DNA of 64,000 nucleotides from Phoronis australis (lineage: Eukaryota; Animalia; Phoronida): positions 39,873-103,872 of the forward strand of contig NMRA01000726.1 in NCBI GenBank assembly GCA_002633005.1. Direction: 5' to 3'. The notes under the pieces were generated by a model, which made no database searches, was not told the origin of the DNA, and worked only from the letters and a program-made list of their open reading frames with translations. A program made the position numbers and the translations under genes. Of the stretch, positions 26,201 through 38,200 are shown piece by piece; the first letter of the stretch is position 1; every line of letters begins with the position of its first letter.

Positions 26201-29200
26201 GTGACAACGGCGTCTGCTCCACATGTGATTTGTGAGAGCAGACGGTGGATTTCACCATGAAAGAGGTCCCAGCCATTGAACTGTCCCTCCCACTTGATTA
26301 GTGGTGGCTTGTCTGAAAACAGTGATCAGACAATATATTACACGGTTCAGTGATTACAGTAGGGTCTTAGAATCGATTCCAAATACATGTACCACAAACA
26401 TTGACAAGATTTTTTATCCTTCTTCATGTTGCCTCGTCCTTGCCCCTAATTTACTTCAACGTTGTTGTCTGTTATACAATGACCATGTTAAAAGGATACT
26501 AAACCCGGTGATTGCAATCAAACTTTCGGTCACCTGCTGCTGGCGTCTCACCTTAATCATAAAAATCAGGTATACGTAAAACACATACTTTACGTGTCAT
26601 GAATTAGAAATTACAGTTCATGATGGGTGGTCTTTCCCTGCACCTGTCACATAACTCGCCTAAAATGCTGGTCACACTCGCCTGTTCAGCAATCTTTGAA
26701 AGGAGTTTTTAAACTTTGCTCCATGCTTTCAAGTGTTGTCCAGAATTACAGAGCACTATTTTGTTTCAGAGAACAGTTGTTTTTAATAGGCCAATACTGG
26801 GTTTGGTATCCTACTAGTAGTCTATAATTGATATTACACAGTAAGTGGTTTTACTACACTGAAGCATAGCAATCCACTGTGTCTCTAAGATAATCAGGTG
26901 TTTGTATCTACCCAAACTGTTGGCTTCCCCTATCAACTTAAATAAAACAAATGACATTGATACTAAACAGCAACAGATTTATACCTGGAATGTGATGGAG
27001 CTCGCCAAACGTTCCGTTGGGAATAACAAATGTGTCGGACGCGTACGGACGTTTTTCACGGATCAGTTTCCAAACGGCATCATGCTGCGTCTGCATCACG
27101 TCGTGTGAACTGTTTTCATCCAGAAACTCCAAGTAGGAAGGCAACTGTTGTAGCAGAGCTGTGAGCTGAGGATGAGTTGAGTTCTTGATGAAAGCTCGTG
27201 TAAGGTATATATCTCAGGCAACAGTTTTCAAAACTGAGAGGCAAATTTTGTTAACATTCATCAAGCTTCGATGAAGTTATTACAAAAAATGAGAAGAAAA
27301 TTAGGCAAATAGTAACTACATATCACTGCTGAACTTTTTTCAATAGTTTTGTTTGTTTTTTCAAAACCACTAATCTTTTAAGACTAGAATCTTGTGCTGA
27401 AGAAATTTTGCAAAGAAAACATTTATTTACGAAATGTTGAGCATAAGAACATAAACATCATGCCAATCAATTGCAAAACTCATGGAATGCATTACTATGA
27501 CAGCGCCATCTGTGGCTTGCAATGTCATAATTAATGAGTAACAGGACTTCTCACCTTTTTACAACTAATAGGTCCAGCCTGCACTAGTGCCGTGCTGAGC
27601 TTCAGGAGTGGATGGAAATCAAGAGGAAACTGGGCTATGGAGGAGTGTAGTAGGAGACTGAGGCCATCTTGTGTGCCCTGGCAATAATCAGATGTTGAAC
27701 ATAAAAGGGAAAGAGCTCAGGTCATAAAATAAGTAATAAAGTTAGTTGTTGTTACTACATCTTGTCATGGTAATAAAATGACTGTCACGAGACTGTAAAC
27801 TAATCCTCACCACATGACCAAAATTGAATGTCAATTTTGAAAAACTTCACTAATAAGAACAGAACAGCTTCACTATAGGAACAACAAATCTGCTAAGTGA
27901 AAGAAAACAACAGTGTCTCTGAATTAAGTTAGTTGAGACAGGAATACATTTTGAAATGTGTTAATACTGTCCAGCACCGCAATAGCCGTATACGTGGCGA
28001 CATTTTAAGACCAGTTTGATGACCATTATTCAGTGGAGAAAATGCCATTGGGTTCTCACAATGTGGGCACATTATATCTGACTATTACTTTCCAGTACCT
28101 TAAGTGACAATGATTCAGCATTCTGTCCACAAAGTGAACTTTTGATTTACACCACTCACTACTACGGCATTAGTCTCAGCTAGTCACTTACTCGGAATTC
28201 TAGGAGGGCAAGATCTGACAGTTTGTTATTCCACTTTGACGCCCCGTGACAAGCCAACTTGCAGAGCCTGATCATTCCGTTAGAACACACTTTGACGCGA
28301 CGTTACAAGCCAACTTGCAGAGAATGATTGCAAGTAAAGCAGTGTGGACATGACCTTCACCTTGACTAAGGACCAACTTCACACCAATTTCATAATGTTA
28401 AGTGGTCTAGACCAAAACCTAGTTGCTGTGATGAACAACAGGTGTCTACCTGCATTAAAATTTGCCTTACATTATTATCTACCTTGTCCAAAAACTCTTC
28501 AGCTACCGACTGCTCAGTCAGCAATTTCGTCGCCACTTCATACAGAGTGCCAACATCCATTATCACGTCAATGTTGAATGTGTTCAGCATAACTCCAAGA
28601 CACCCATTGACTACACTCCTGGCTACCACGGCAACAGCCTGGAAAACAACCAATCAGCATAAAGGGTTCCATCTCATCACTCATCTGGTTACCATAGCGA
28701 GGGCTATGAAAAGAGCCAATCAGCAACATAGTACAAGAGAGGAAACACACGACCATTTAATTACGTTTTCCAAAAAATTATCAAACCTCCTTTGCGTGTC
28801 TCCATCATGTTACAACTGCAGTTGGTGTTTTTTTCTGAGTCAAGCAGCACAAATCAAGTACATTGGTTGGAAGATCTGAGCAAATGGCACAAATTCAAAT
28901 AACAACCACATGGGAGACACCTTCAAATCAGCAGGAATTTAACTTGCGATTGTCAGATGCCACAGACACAGCGTCAGATGGACAACTGGAAAGTTGGTGT
29001 CACGCATTTTTACCTCGTGTTTTAATCTTAATGCATTTATCGCTGATGCAAGCAGTTTCGATCACTGTTATTCATGCCCCAGTCGAACTAAAATGACTGT
29101 AATTTGTTCCAGGACTAACCAACCTTTTTTTTCCAAAGGCAATGTGCTGTTAAACAACGTAAGCGTTTCAATGACCCCCCCGTGCCATCATCATCAGCCA

Positions 29201-32200
29201 GTGGTACAGAAACTAAGTGATGTGTAAATCATGACATCCATAAAATCACCTAACCACAAAACCCATACCGTCTTTCCATTGAATGGCTCTGAGGTGAACA
29301 TGGTATCCAGGTAGTCGAGGAACCTTAGCTGCATTGCCACATTACATAATCTCTTAGTTGCCATGACAACAGAGTCGGCTGGTTCCATGGTGATATGCCT
29401 GACCACAGCCCACAACATGGTTACTGCGCCGTGGGCAACACTGTCCCCCAGGCTACACAGTGTGGTGTCCAGTTTCTGAAAAGTGCAAAATATAAACATT
29501 TCGATATTAGCTACAGCAGACAAGCAGAGAGAAAATTTCTTACATCACAGCCCTCCCCAACAGTTTCCCAAAAAATATATAGGGGAAGGGCAAATATTCT
29601 ACGTTACCAGTCGATACCTTATTTAATAGACGATTTGCACCAATCAGAACTAAAAAGAAAATAAAGGTTCAACCAATCACAAACTCGCGTGCATACTCTG
29701 AAATTCTTCTCATCCTTCACAATATGGTGCTCATCCAAGTTGCCGCTATCGTAACACCTGTGCAAGAACTCGATATCTGTACCCTCGATGAGAATCAACG
29801 TCTGGTAGTAGCTGAAACAGACAGACAAAGCATGTCCGAGTAAATTATGCAGAATTTCTACGCCTTGAAATAAGACTAAGAAACCACTACAGTTATGACT
29901 TACTGCTTACAGAAAATAGTCTTTAGAATAGTGCTGTTCATAAATAATATGGCAATTACGTCAGGACAACCTATATCAGTTTTCTCCACTGAATAACGGT
30001 CATCGCCTGGTTCTAAAACTGCCAGCATGCCAGTGTAGCATTCAGTATTTCTTTAAAACAAACACTGGCGGTCAGTGCAACTGCCAGGCTGAAGTTAAGC
30101 ACCCATGTTCAGGTAAGCAGCCAGCTTCAATTTCTTGAAATTTCCGACTCATGCAGCCACCTATGGGTTCAACACTCACCACCCAATTACCAGATGCACC
30201 AATTTAAGAGTACGGGGCATTAACCCAAATATTTACTGTAGATTACTTGGAGGTAATAACGAGAGAGCGAACATCATCATGTCTACCAACCTTATTCTTT
30301 GAATGAGTGTTTCTGCACCGTCGTCCAACAGGTGTCTGTACGACTGATGATGGCCGAAAGCTTGTTTCTGAAAAATGACATTTTTTTGTAAGAATACAAC
30401 CAAACATTGTGTTAGACAACTCAGTTCTTGTACCACATCCAAGTGTTTATCTTAAAAATCAGCTTAAATTTTCGAAGGCCTTAATGTTGTCTCCGTCTTC
30501 CTCATACACTGCCAACTACACTGAAGACGAAGGTAGAAACAACACCAACGCCTCCGAGAACTTCTGCCGATTTTTAAGGTAAACCATTGGAGGGGTTATA
30601 GGAAGCAAGTAGTCTAATCATGCAGACATCCTGAGGAGACTCCTTGGCTTAACATCACGATTTCCACAGACAAGTATTAAAGGAATACTTAAAGGGACAA
30701 TGTGCCACCAAACCATGATACTTAATTAGACAATGTATGTCATAAACATTTCTGTATCGTGATGAAAAACGATTTGCAATGCCGTACAACCCATAAATGA
30801 TACCGGCAGAAAATGGGTGACAAAAACGTCATCAGTTTTGGCTATTTTTACAAAACTGGGCTGTTACAAATCAATCACCAGTGGTAACTCATGACATCAA
30901 TTGTTAGTCAAAGTAAAGTTGAACACTTAAATTCATCTTTTGTAAAAAACTAAAATCATAGGAAGGAAAACTCTGTGACTGGTCTATTAGAGAATTAATC
31001 AGTTGACTTCACAATTTAAAAGTTTAGCAAATCCTTTTTTGGTCTGCAAACAGATACTACAAACAACTTTCCCATCCAGTTCTCTGAACTAAAATAATGC
31101 GGTCACACACGAAAACCTTCAAAAGCTTACAGCAAAAATTTGAAAACTCCTTTTCAAGTCACACGAACGGCCAAGCATGACCTAAGCTTTAGGCGAGTTA
31201 CACAACAACTGCAGGAAAAGACCATCGATCACAAACCATTCTGTTTTTACTACGCAAGTGGGAAACCAATCAGACATCAGCGGGTGAAAGAATGAGGATT
31301 GTTTGATATTATCATGACAGGGTTTAGTAAATTTTAACCTTTTGAATGGTTGCTGGTGAAGTGGTAAGGAAAAATCGGCTCAAGTATCCAAGAGCACATC
31401 AACCTACCTTGAATTGCTCAGCCAGAGTAGCGAGTCTCTCTGAGCTCAACTCAAAGTCTTTATAATAAAGCAAGATCAACTCGAGGAGCTCGCATTGTTC
31501 CTTCAGGTTCTGTCGCACCCAAATCTGCTGTTGACGTTCGTTCTACGACGAAATAAAAACGAGCGTATCTAGTCAGGATAAAACGTACAATTAATACGTG
31601 CTACGTCAAGGCTTACCTACAGCAGAGGCACAGAGACCGGAACTAAATTGGACGTCAACGGACAGAGACGGAATTGTAAAAAGGCAACTCAAGTTTGAGA
31701 GCTAAGTGACTCTTTACTGCAACTTGATCGAACAAACTCACGAAAGAATCTTTTTCTGTGACCCTGATCACCTCATAAACGTTTGTAACAAATTAGGCCA
31801 ATGGTATCATACTATCAGAGAACCTTGTTGAGTGACAATCTCAGAAAAGACTGTTTCTACGAGCTAATGTAAAGAAGTTCCCCAAAGACACAAACCCAAA
31901 ATATACTGTTTAAAAATCCACACTGCAGTGTATGTATAATCATGTTACCATGGAAACAACACTTCTCATCTTGGCAAACTGATTCTCCCAAAGTTTCAAA
32001 GGAAGGTTAGGAAAAGGAGTTTCAACAAAGGTACTCACCATCAAAGCTCCATGGGTCTGCCAGGTAGGACAAGGAGTATGACACACCTGGTCGTATTGAA
32101 TAACAATCTAGAAGGAGAAAAGGTGACCATTTGACTGACATGAACACACCTGGGTAATGTGTTCCATGTAAGGCACAGAGCCTGCACAAAAATATGATAC

Positions 32201-35200
32201 AGTAACAAAACACTAATCTTAACAGATTTAAATTGCCAAGTAGATAGACAAGGCTAAAGTAAACGAAAATTTACATGCAATTTTTGAGTTGCTGAGATAT
32301 TCTCCACGTAGGAGAATGCTAAATAACTCTTCAGTGTCACTGATGCCTTCCTATTAGCACATGAGATAGAAAACTGGAATTTCATTTCTACAAACTTCCA
32401 CAGGATTTTGCTATTAAAAAACCAACAAACAAAATTTGACTCCATTACCAGCAGGAGTAAAACTTTGGAAGAGTAGTTCGTAAATTGAAATTACTTTGAA
32501 TCATTTATTTCAAAGTAACAATAATTTGGCAACTTTTTGGCAAGAAATTGTCGTTACTAAATATTGAGTCAGATATAAAGAGTTAAGATGACATTTCACT
32601 GGCTGGCTATTGAATATTTAAGAGAAGCGCTTTGGGGTTTAAAAACATTACCACTCTTCCAATCTGGATTTGTTGCTGAATGAGCCATAAACCAAGTCAC
32701 AGGAGATGCATATATGTCCCATTTTTTAATCTACACTTTCAAAATGAGCTAACCCCCACTAAACAGTGTCAAGGCATTTCCTGGAGATGTCGATGGTTTC
32801 AGTGTTCGTGTTGCTAACAGACATAGAATCCTATTACAGTAGGGAATATTAAATATTAAGAGACTAACTTTAAGACACTAAAAGGCCTAATTCGACTTCC
32901 ATTTTTAACCAGCTTAACATGAAGAAATGCTGCTTCAACATGAACAGTTCATGTCCTCAACATGAACAGTTCATGCCCTCAACATGAACAGTTCATGTCC
33001 TTAACATGAACAGTTAATGTCTTCAACATGAACAGTTCGTGTCCTTAACTCACATTGTTTATAAGTTCATTATCCGTGTTTGCACTGTCGAAGAACGCTT
33101 CATATTCTTTCTGCAATGGAAAAGAAATTAGCAATCAAACTTTGAAAACATTTTTCATTTAAACAGTGTTACACATATAGTGATGCTCTTGTTTGATAAA
33201 ATCACGTCAAACACCAATTGTGACAAATTTATGACTAGTCACAGTGCAAGTCGATACACTTGAACCTAAAAAGATTCATATCAACTGTTTAATTAAAAAT
33301 TATAGCTACAATCAGACCCACCACGTAACCATTAACTGGTTCACACTTTAGGAAATATTACTAACAAATGAAGTTAACAAGAAATATGTCAGATTTCTAA
33401 AAGATAATTTAACAGAATTTTCTTGGTGAGATTCTCACTTTGTTGCAGACGTGGAAAAATCCCCGAGGCAACCAAAAAAAACAACTTAAAAGACAACAAA
33501 GAAATAGCTGAAAAGGCAAATTGAAATTACTTTTGGTGACCTCATGACAAAAAGGTACTTGCCAAACATTTTGAAAATAACAAATTCTTAACTGTTTTTG
33601 AAATTGTTGATGACTAAACTGAGAGTTTCTAAAAGCAAATAAGCATTAAACATTCACAGAAAATCTACAACAAAAATGGTGTCTGATTAATGAGGTAATT
33701 AAAGTTTGTTGCCACAACTCAAGGCACACTTTTGGTGTAATCGACTGCTACGCCTTACTTGGTAGGGGTGATTTGGATCTTGAGCATAGCTGAGTATCTG
33801 CTTTAGACATCTTATAATGTAAAGCCTCTCACTGAAATAGTAGTCTCGTATGCTGAGGGTAGTGGCTTGAGACTGGCGGTCATCGGTAAGAACACTCTGG
33901 AATATAATACAGTGTTGTATACCGTCTCGTATGTTGAAGGCAATGGCCTACAACTGGCAGCACCAGCAGCTGCACATTCACATCTTAAAAGTGTGGGTGT
34001 CTATAAACATTCTTATTTCACTTTACAAAATCAAAGTCACTGTGGACTGGCATGGATTCTCTGACCGAGTGCTAGAACAGGAAGTGCAGGCAATAAATAT
34101 CAATATTCTAATAATAATCATAAGTGCACGTACTTTGACAAACAGCATTCTCCATTGAAAAACGGGCATCGTACTGGTTCTCAAAATATAGACATTTTAT
34201 ATCCAACATTTGCCCTGTTCTACAAAACCAGTTTTGATTAGTCACTGTGTTGAGTTTAATTTTGTCACAACAAGCTTGATTTACTTGCATATCAGAAGTG
34301 TAATGGTCCCGGCCTTGTGGCCTAAACACGCCCGATGTACCGCAAAAGGCATCAGGCCACCTGCACCCTTTTTTAACGAAACATTAGTCATTTCCTAAGA
34401 AAAATAAGGACATTTTGGATTTTTGGTATCCGTTCCATGCATTTACTCAAGATTTAACACACAAACTCTGCACACTACGGATACCAACTTTCAAACACAC
34501 ACAAGGATTTTGCAATTCGAGTCAAGCTTGAATGATCTGTGGTGAAAAACATGAAACGGTGGAATGCAGGTGTTCATAACAGTACAATGCACACTCACCT
34601 TAATGTTCTGTTGACATCCTCTGTAACAATGTAGGAGATAAGAACAAAACAAATTGTAGGTCACGGTCTCATCAAGAATCTGGAAAACAAAAACATGGTA
34701 TTCAGTGAATGATTACTATTGATTTTTTGCCTATTTACCACAAAGTGTGACAGACGAGTGAAATTTTTGTCGTCAAATTGCTCAACAAAACTAAAAATTA
34801 AACATTTAGTCCATTGTTAACTTGTCATGTATTATACAGATGTCATGACACGACATTGGATTAAGTTCAGATTATTTACACAAAGGCAATCACCTTTTGA
34901 GTAATGATAATTTTAATTATAGGAAATTATTGATGTGCAAAATGAATGAAGAACTACCACCAATTTGCAACACTTGATATTTCACTCAAGTCTTTTGACT
35001 ATGACCCTACACACCAGTTATAATTTGATGTGATCAGCACAAAACAAATGCTCTCAACTCTGACAACAGATATCTATCTAATATATCACTTAGTGGCATA
35101 AAACACTGAATCAGCAAGGATTTTTATCGTCACCCAAAACCAGCCAATCACGTGAATGGCTTGCCACTCCAAGGGAAATGAGCAATTGGAACTTTCTTAA

Positions 35201-38200
35201 TTCTGATCATTTCTTTATTCATTTTTTTACCAGAAATTTGCTCAGTTTGGTCACAAACTCCAGCTGTGTTCCTTTGACCTTGAGGGTTTTCAAGGCTTCG
35301 CCCGCTGGCTGAACTTGTTTCTTGTAAAGAAGCAACCCTTTAGCCAGTCTTGTCTTGTTATTCGTCAGTTCTTGGCCGACTAATTCCTGTACACAGACAA
35401 GGAAACAATTGAAACACAGCATACCTTGATAACTAACAAAAGAACATTACAATTCAAGGCGGTCTGGTACACGTAGCACCAGATGTGTAAAGGTTTCTCA
35501 GGTGGGGCCATTGCACTGATATTAATATATAGTTAAAACTGAGCTGAGGAGCTAGAGACCTGACTCAAGGGTCTAGCAGTGAGCCCAAGTGGGACTCAAA
35601 CCAATGATCTTGAGTAAGGGAAGAGCACGCTTATCCCGCTAGGTGGCACTGCCTCCTCCTCAATTTAAAGCAGCAGTAAACCTAGTCTTCCACTGCTGAC
35701 AGCAAAACCAACTTTAATTTTGATCAATCATTTTTTCTGGAATTGGTCTCAACTTCTTCCTTAGTAAGAACGGAGACAACTAAGGGCATTGAACACAATG
35801 GCTCGTCATTCTTGCTAAAGATTAGGCTCTACAAGCTGGCTTGTCAGGGTGTCACGCACGATCTTCAACAATACACCAACTGTCAGTTTTTTCCAAACTC
35901 CGGAATCACATCTCATCTGAGTAAGGCAAATTAAGATCCATTTTGTAGCGGTAAACGTCTAAATCAAACATTCACTTCTGGGACCGAACGTGGGTTTATA
36001 GCCACTTCGAAACATAGCGCATAACAGAACGAACGTGAACCATCTGTCTTGTACCTTATTCAGTTAAAAGTAAGCCTCTGGGCTAAGAAAGAATTAACAC
36101 TTTATTTCTTCAGACCAAGCTCATAGAATTTCAGAGCACACTACATCATAAATATCATAAATATCATAAATATCATAAATATCATAAGCAACCCAGGATG
36201 CTGTGGGTTCAGTGGCATTTGTAAGTTGCAGTGAAAATTTTATACCGTATGACAAGAAACATCTCGAAACAGAAAAGATAAATTCCCATTAATTCTTTGA
36301 GAGAACATTTACCTCGGCTGTGACCAAAATGGTACAAGAAAGTACTTATACATCACACGTCTAACCATTTTGTCGCTATTATGTTTATTTACCCTAGACT
36401 CGGTTACATCTTCAGAAGTAACTTAACCTATAGCAAGTTCTAGAACATTCTACTACGACATACAAACCTTAGGCCTCAGAACACTTGAACCGGCGATGAA
36501 CTGCCATAAGTCTCGAGTAGATCTAGAATTACAAAAACACAACAAAGACAAAACAATACTTTTACTTTCAAGAAGCAGTTGTCATAGTAAAAGCGGTCAC
36601 GAATTTGTGACTTAATATGGCCGACCGTTTAAAGTTTTTAGTGTTTTATTACAGGCAAACCAAATCTTCGTGCAAATTTTGCTTCAGCGAAGCTGTCACC
36701 TGAGAGGTGTCACAAGAAGGAGCAAATTGCACATGCGTATTACAGCAGAGTTTACTTTTTTTCAATGAAATTAAAGTATACTAAGTTAAATGTATACTTG
36801 AACCGGATTTTAGAAATACATTTAAAGAAAAAAACATACAAGACAGTGTAGCACTATATGGCTCTGAAAAGGTGAGATAGTATTTTGGAATGATAGAATA
36901 TTCTTTACTTTTGATAGCCTTACTTTTAGGCCAAATCAATACAAAAAACGAAAATAAGAAATGAAACATCTGGACTCTATAGTGCTGCAAATATGACACT
37001 GTTCCCTAAAACGCTTGTATTAGTTTTCGTGTTAGACTTTTCTTTGTAACAAACGCCAGAGATTGATGGAAGGAAATGATTTTTGTTTGATTGTTTTTAC
37101 TTAAACAGTTGTAACGGGCAAGGACTTGGCAAGGCGAGTGTTGGCTGACTCCCAGATTTTGCATGTACCTCGCTGTTCTACGAATAAGTGTTATATTTAT
37201 AAGGTTCTCCACGAGGTGATAAGCCCAACAACTGGAGTAGAATGAAATTTTAAGGTCTATGTCTAGTTAACACAACATTTCTAGCTGTATTTTTGATGAG
37301 TCTTTATACAACTGGCTAGACTATTACAATACTGGTTACATGTGCATGTTTAAGTGTCCACAGGCAAAACAGTTACTCACTTCAAAATACAGCAAACATC
37401 AAATGAAACATTCATACATACAAATCGAGCAATTAACACATACCATGACCGTGGAGGCAACTTAGTCAACATAATTTGAGCATATCCATAAGAATCTGTC
37501 GAGATTCACTCGAGCTTCTTTTGCCGGGGTCCGAGTGACATTTTAAGGAACTTTTGGAAATAACACCAGCCTCCCATTCAGTAACAATTAAGGACCTCGC
37601 TAAAAAGCAAGACTTCGCGAGATTACGCGAGATATTGCCATGTATTTCAAATGAGAACATGTGACTCTGGCTAGATTTTAGCTAGGTCCTACCGTTACTG
37701 AACGCACGCCAGTTCACAGCCAAAAGTCTAAGGGACACAACTCTTAAATATTCCACTGGATATCTTCCCATGCTACTTTTTGTAAGAGCCAGACACCAGG
37801 TCACGTGCTTCACTTTGTCTCACATTTTTTGTGGCTCAACTTACGTGACATCAACTGAAATACTTTTGGTTATCTCCTTCAACGAAGATATGTGCAAAAC
37901 CACAAAGGATTGCTGAAGGAAGTAAGCGCTTCCGTAAGTAACGATTTTAAGTATAAATCTATTTTGGCGAGGTGAAAACCACTTATTTTCATGAGGGATT
38001 AAAACCATGTATAAGACTATAAGATGAAGTTTAATACAAAAACCGATGGGGGCTATTGTGGCCCCCGTCCAGCCAACCGAGAGGCTACGTGTTGCCTAAA
38101 ATGCCTAGCTGAGATTAGCGGGTTAACAAGTTGAAGGCTAGAAAAAGCCAAAAGGGAAGTTTTCAACCGACAACTCGACAAGTCGTGTATTTTATTAATT

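Noticed and set aside
32914-33049. CRISPR-like palindromic repeats
   Set aside because: Units are contiguous with no unique spacers, there are no cas genes, and the context is a eukaryotic intron
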